NCBI GenBank assembly: GCA_002269645.1 | Contig: NIVC01000621.1 | Location: 1 to 64,000 of the forward strand | Origin: Macrostomum lignano | Lineage: Eukaryota | Direction: 5' to 3' | DNA length: 64,000 nt | Part shown: positions 59,411 through 64,000 of the stretch, piece after piece | Layout of the letters: each line of letters begins with the position of its first letter | Numbering within the stretch: the first letter of the stretch is position 1 | Notes under the pieces: model-generated | What the model saw: the letters and a program-made list of their open reading frames with translations, nothing else | Told to the model about the DNA's origin: nothing | Database searches by the model: none | Translations under genes and position numbers: made by a program

Positions 59411-59669
59411 GTGAGTTCATGTTGTACCATCAATCAATATATTTTACGCTCATACTTTGAATACTTGTCACCGGAAAATGGCTTCGGTGCTGACGGAGGG
59501 ACGTCGCTTCAGACGGAATAAACGATCGACATGGCAGGACTGCACGAACAGGTTCAATGGCTGTTCTACTTATTATTTACTAATAGTCTTTCTTATCAAC
59601 TTCAGAATAGGTCTGAATGGGTCGATTGATTTAAACAACTTTTAACTCAACAAAATACTATCATCTTAG

Positions 59670-60715
59670 TGGGTGCCCTTGTCTCTTGGTGAACCCTGTC
59701 TCTTCATGACTCCTGTCTCTTATAGAACCCTGTCTCGTGATGACCCCTGTCTCTTCATGACTCCTGTCTCTTGGAGAACCCTGTCTCGTGATGACCCCTG
59801 TCTCTTGGTGAACCCTGTCTCGTGATGACCCCTGTCTCTTAATGACCCCTGTCTCTTCATGACTCCTGTCTCTTGGAGAACCCTGTCTCGTGATGACCCC
59901 TGTCTCTTGGTGAACCCTGTCTCGTGATGACCCCTGTCTCTTAATGACCCCTGTCTCTTCATGACTCCTGTCTCTTGGAGAACCCTGTCTCGTGATGACC
60001 CCTGTCTCTTGGTGAACCCTGTCTCGTGATGACCCCTGTCTCTTAATGATCCCTATCTCTTGGTGACCCCTGTCTCTTGGTGACCCCTGTCTCTTGGAGA
60101 ACCCTGTCTCTTCATGACCCCTGTCTTTTCATGACTCCTGTCTCTTGGAGAACCCTGTCTCGTGATGACCCATGTCTCTTGGAGAACCCTGTCTCGTGAT
60201 GACCCCTGTCTCTTAATGACCCCTGTCTCTTCATGACTCCTGTCTCTTGGAGAACCCTGTCTCATGATGACCCCTGTCTCTTGGTGAACCCTGTCTCGTG
60301 ATGACCCCTGTCTCTTAATGATCCCTATCTCTTGGTGACCCCTGTCTCTTGGTGACCCCTGTCTCTTGGAGAACCCTGTCTCTTCATGACCCCTGTCTTT
60401 TCATGACTCCTGTCTCTTGGAGAACCCTGTCTCGTGATGACCCATGTCTCTTGGTGAACCCTGTCTCGTGATGACCCCTGTCTCTTAATGATCCCTATCT
60501 CTTGGTGACCCCTGTCTCTTGGTGACCCCTGTCTCTTGGAGAACCCTGTCTCTTCATGACCCCTGTCTTTTCATGACTCCTGTCTCTTGGAGAACCCTGT
60601 CTCGTGATGACCCATGTCTCTTGGAGAACCCTGTCTCGTGATGACCCATGTCTCTTGGAGAACCCTGTCTCGTGATGACCCATGTCTCTTGGTGAACCCT
60701 GTCTCCTATTGGGCG
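59670..60715. repeat. Complex minisatellite built on a CCTGTCTC core (17-18-bp units with higher-order repeats)
   Basis: Directly visible. Confidence 0.93.
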
Positions 60716-61254
60716 CCCCTAATCCTGTCTCTTAGGCCGGTGTATTCCACGTCCAAAAGGTGGCAAAAATTAAGCTCCTGTCATTCGTCCAGTTTGATCA
60801 CCTATTTTACTTAGTTTTTGGAGCTGCGCAGTTTTGGTAGGGGGCGATGTGGGCCCCTGCCTTCCCTCAGTGTGTGCCATTGATTTTTTGGACTGAAACA
60901 ATTATGGAAACGCATTTTTTCAACAGAAATATTTAAACAGTTAAAAAAGAACAAACAAAGAGGACAGGATACGGTGCTCAGACAGGAGCCCAACCCTCGT
61001 AATACGCTCGTAATAATAAGTACGTGTTTCTAATTTCGAAATGGCTTTTATTTCAAGGATACTAAAAAATAGTGCTTGCTATATTTAGCACTTGTATCAT
61101 GAAGCGCACAGATACAAGGTATCAAACTAAAGCGTGTAGACAACAAGAAACTCAGTAAAAAGTCAAAGAAGATTTCTACGGATACTGCCTCCACAATCTA
61201 CTAAGAGTGGAAACGCACGTTCTGATACCGAAAATTTTGAATAATACTTTGACA

Positions 61255-64000
<2,746 letters not shown>

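Overview
This is eukaryotic, intron-containing DNA in the standard genetic code. The style (GC-rich exons, minisatellite-filled introns, AG acceptors just upstream of start codons) suggests a Macrostomum-like free-living flatworm, which is inference only. Left half (0-28.3 kb): seven consecutive minus-strand genes, namely a C-type lectin/PAN protein, a zeta-crystallin/quinone oxidoreductase (CRYZ), PSTK, SAE1, UFSP1, an SSUH2-like gene and NEK1. It also holds a tRNA-Glu(CTC), an internally deleted Gypsy LTR element inside a CRYZ intron, SINEs, MITEs and many tandem arrays. An intact-looking 1.29 kb mariner transposon lies at 28.9-30.2 kb. Right half (35-59 kb): a double-zinc-ribbon protein with about 31 Pro/Thr/Ala repeats, then four paralogous PARP/tankyrase-type (H-Y-E) ADP-ribosyltransferase (ART) genes with different N-terminal modules. 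Gene A (+) has an MGN start, two spectrin-like repeats, a Cys/His cluster and the ART domain. Gene C (-) has a very long, roughly 20-exon spectrin-repeat rod ending in the ART domain. Gene B (-) has an MGNSKS myristoylation-type start plus ART. Gene D (-) is a bare ART domain. This spectrin-ART array is the most unusual feature of the window. The window ends in a decayed RNase H-containing LINE. Five genes carry small frame-breaking indels, which may be assembly errors or real decay. All exon models were derived by hand from GT/AG sites and phase; no database searches were run.
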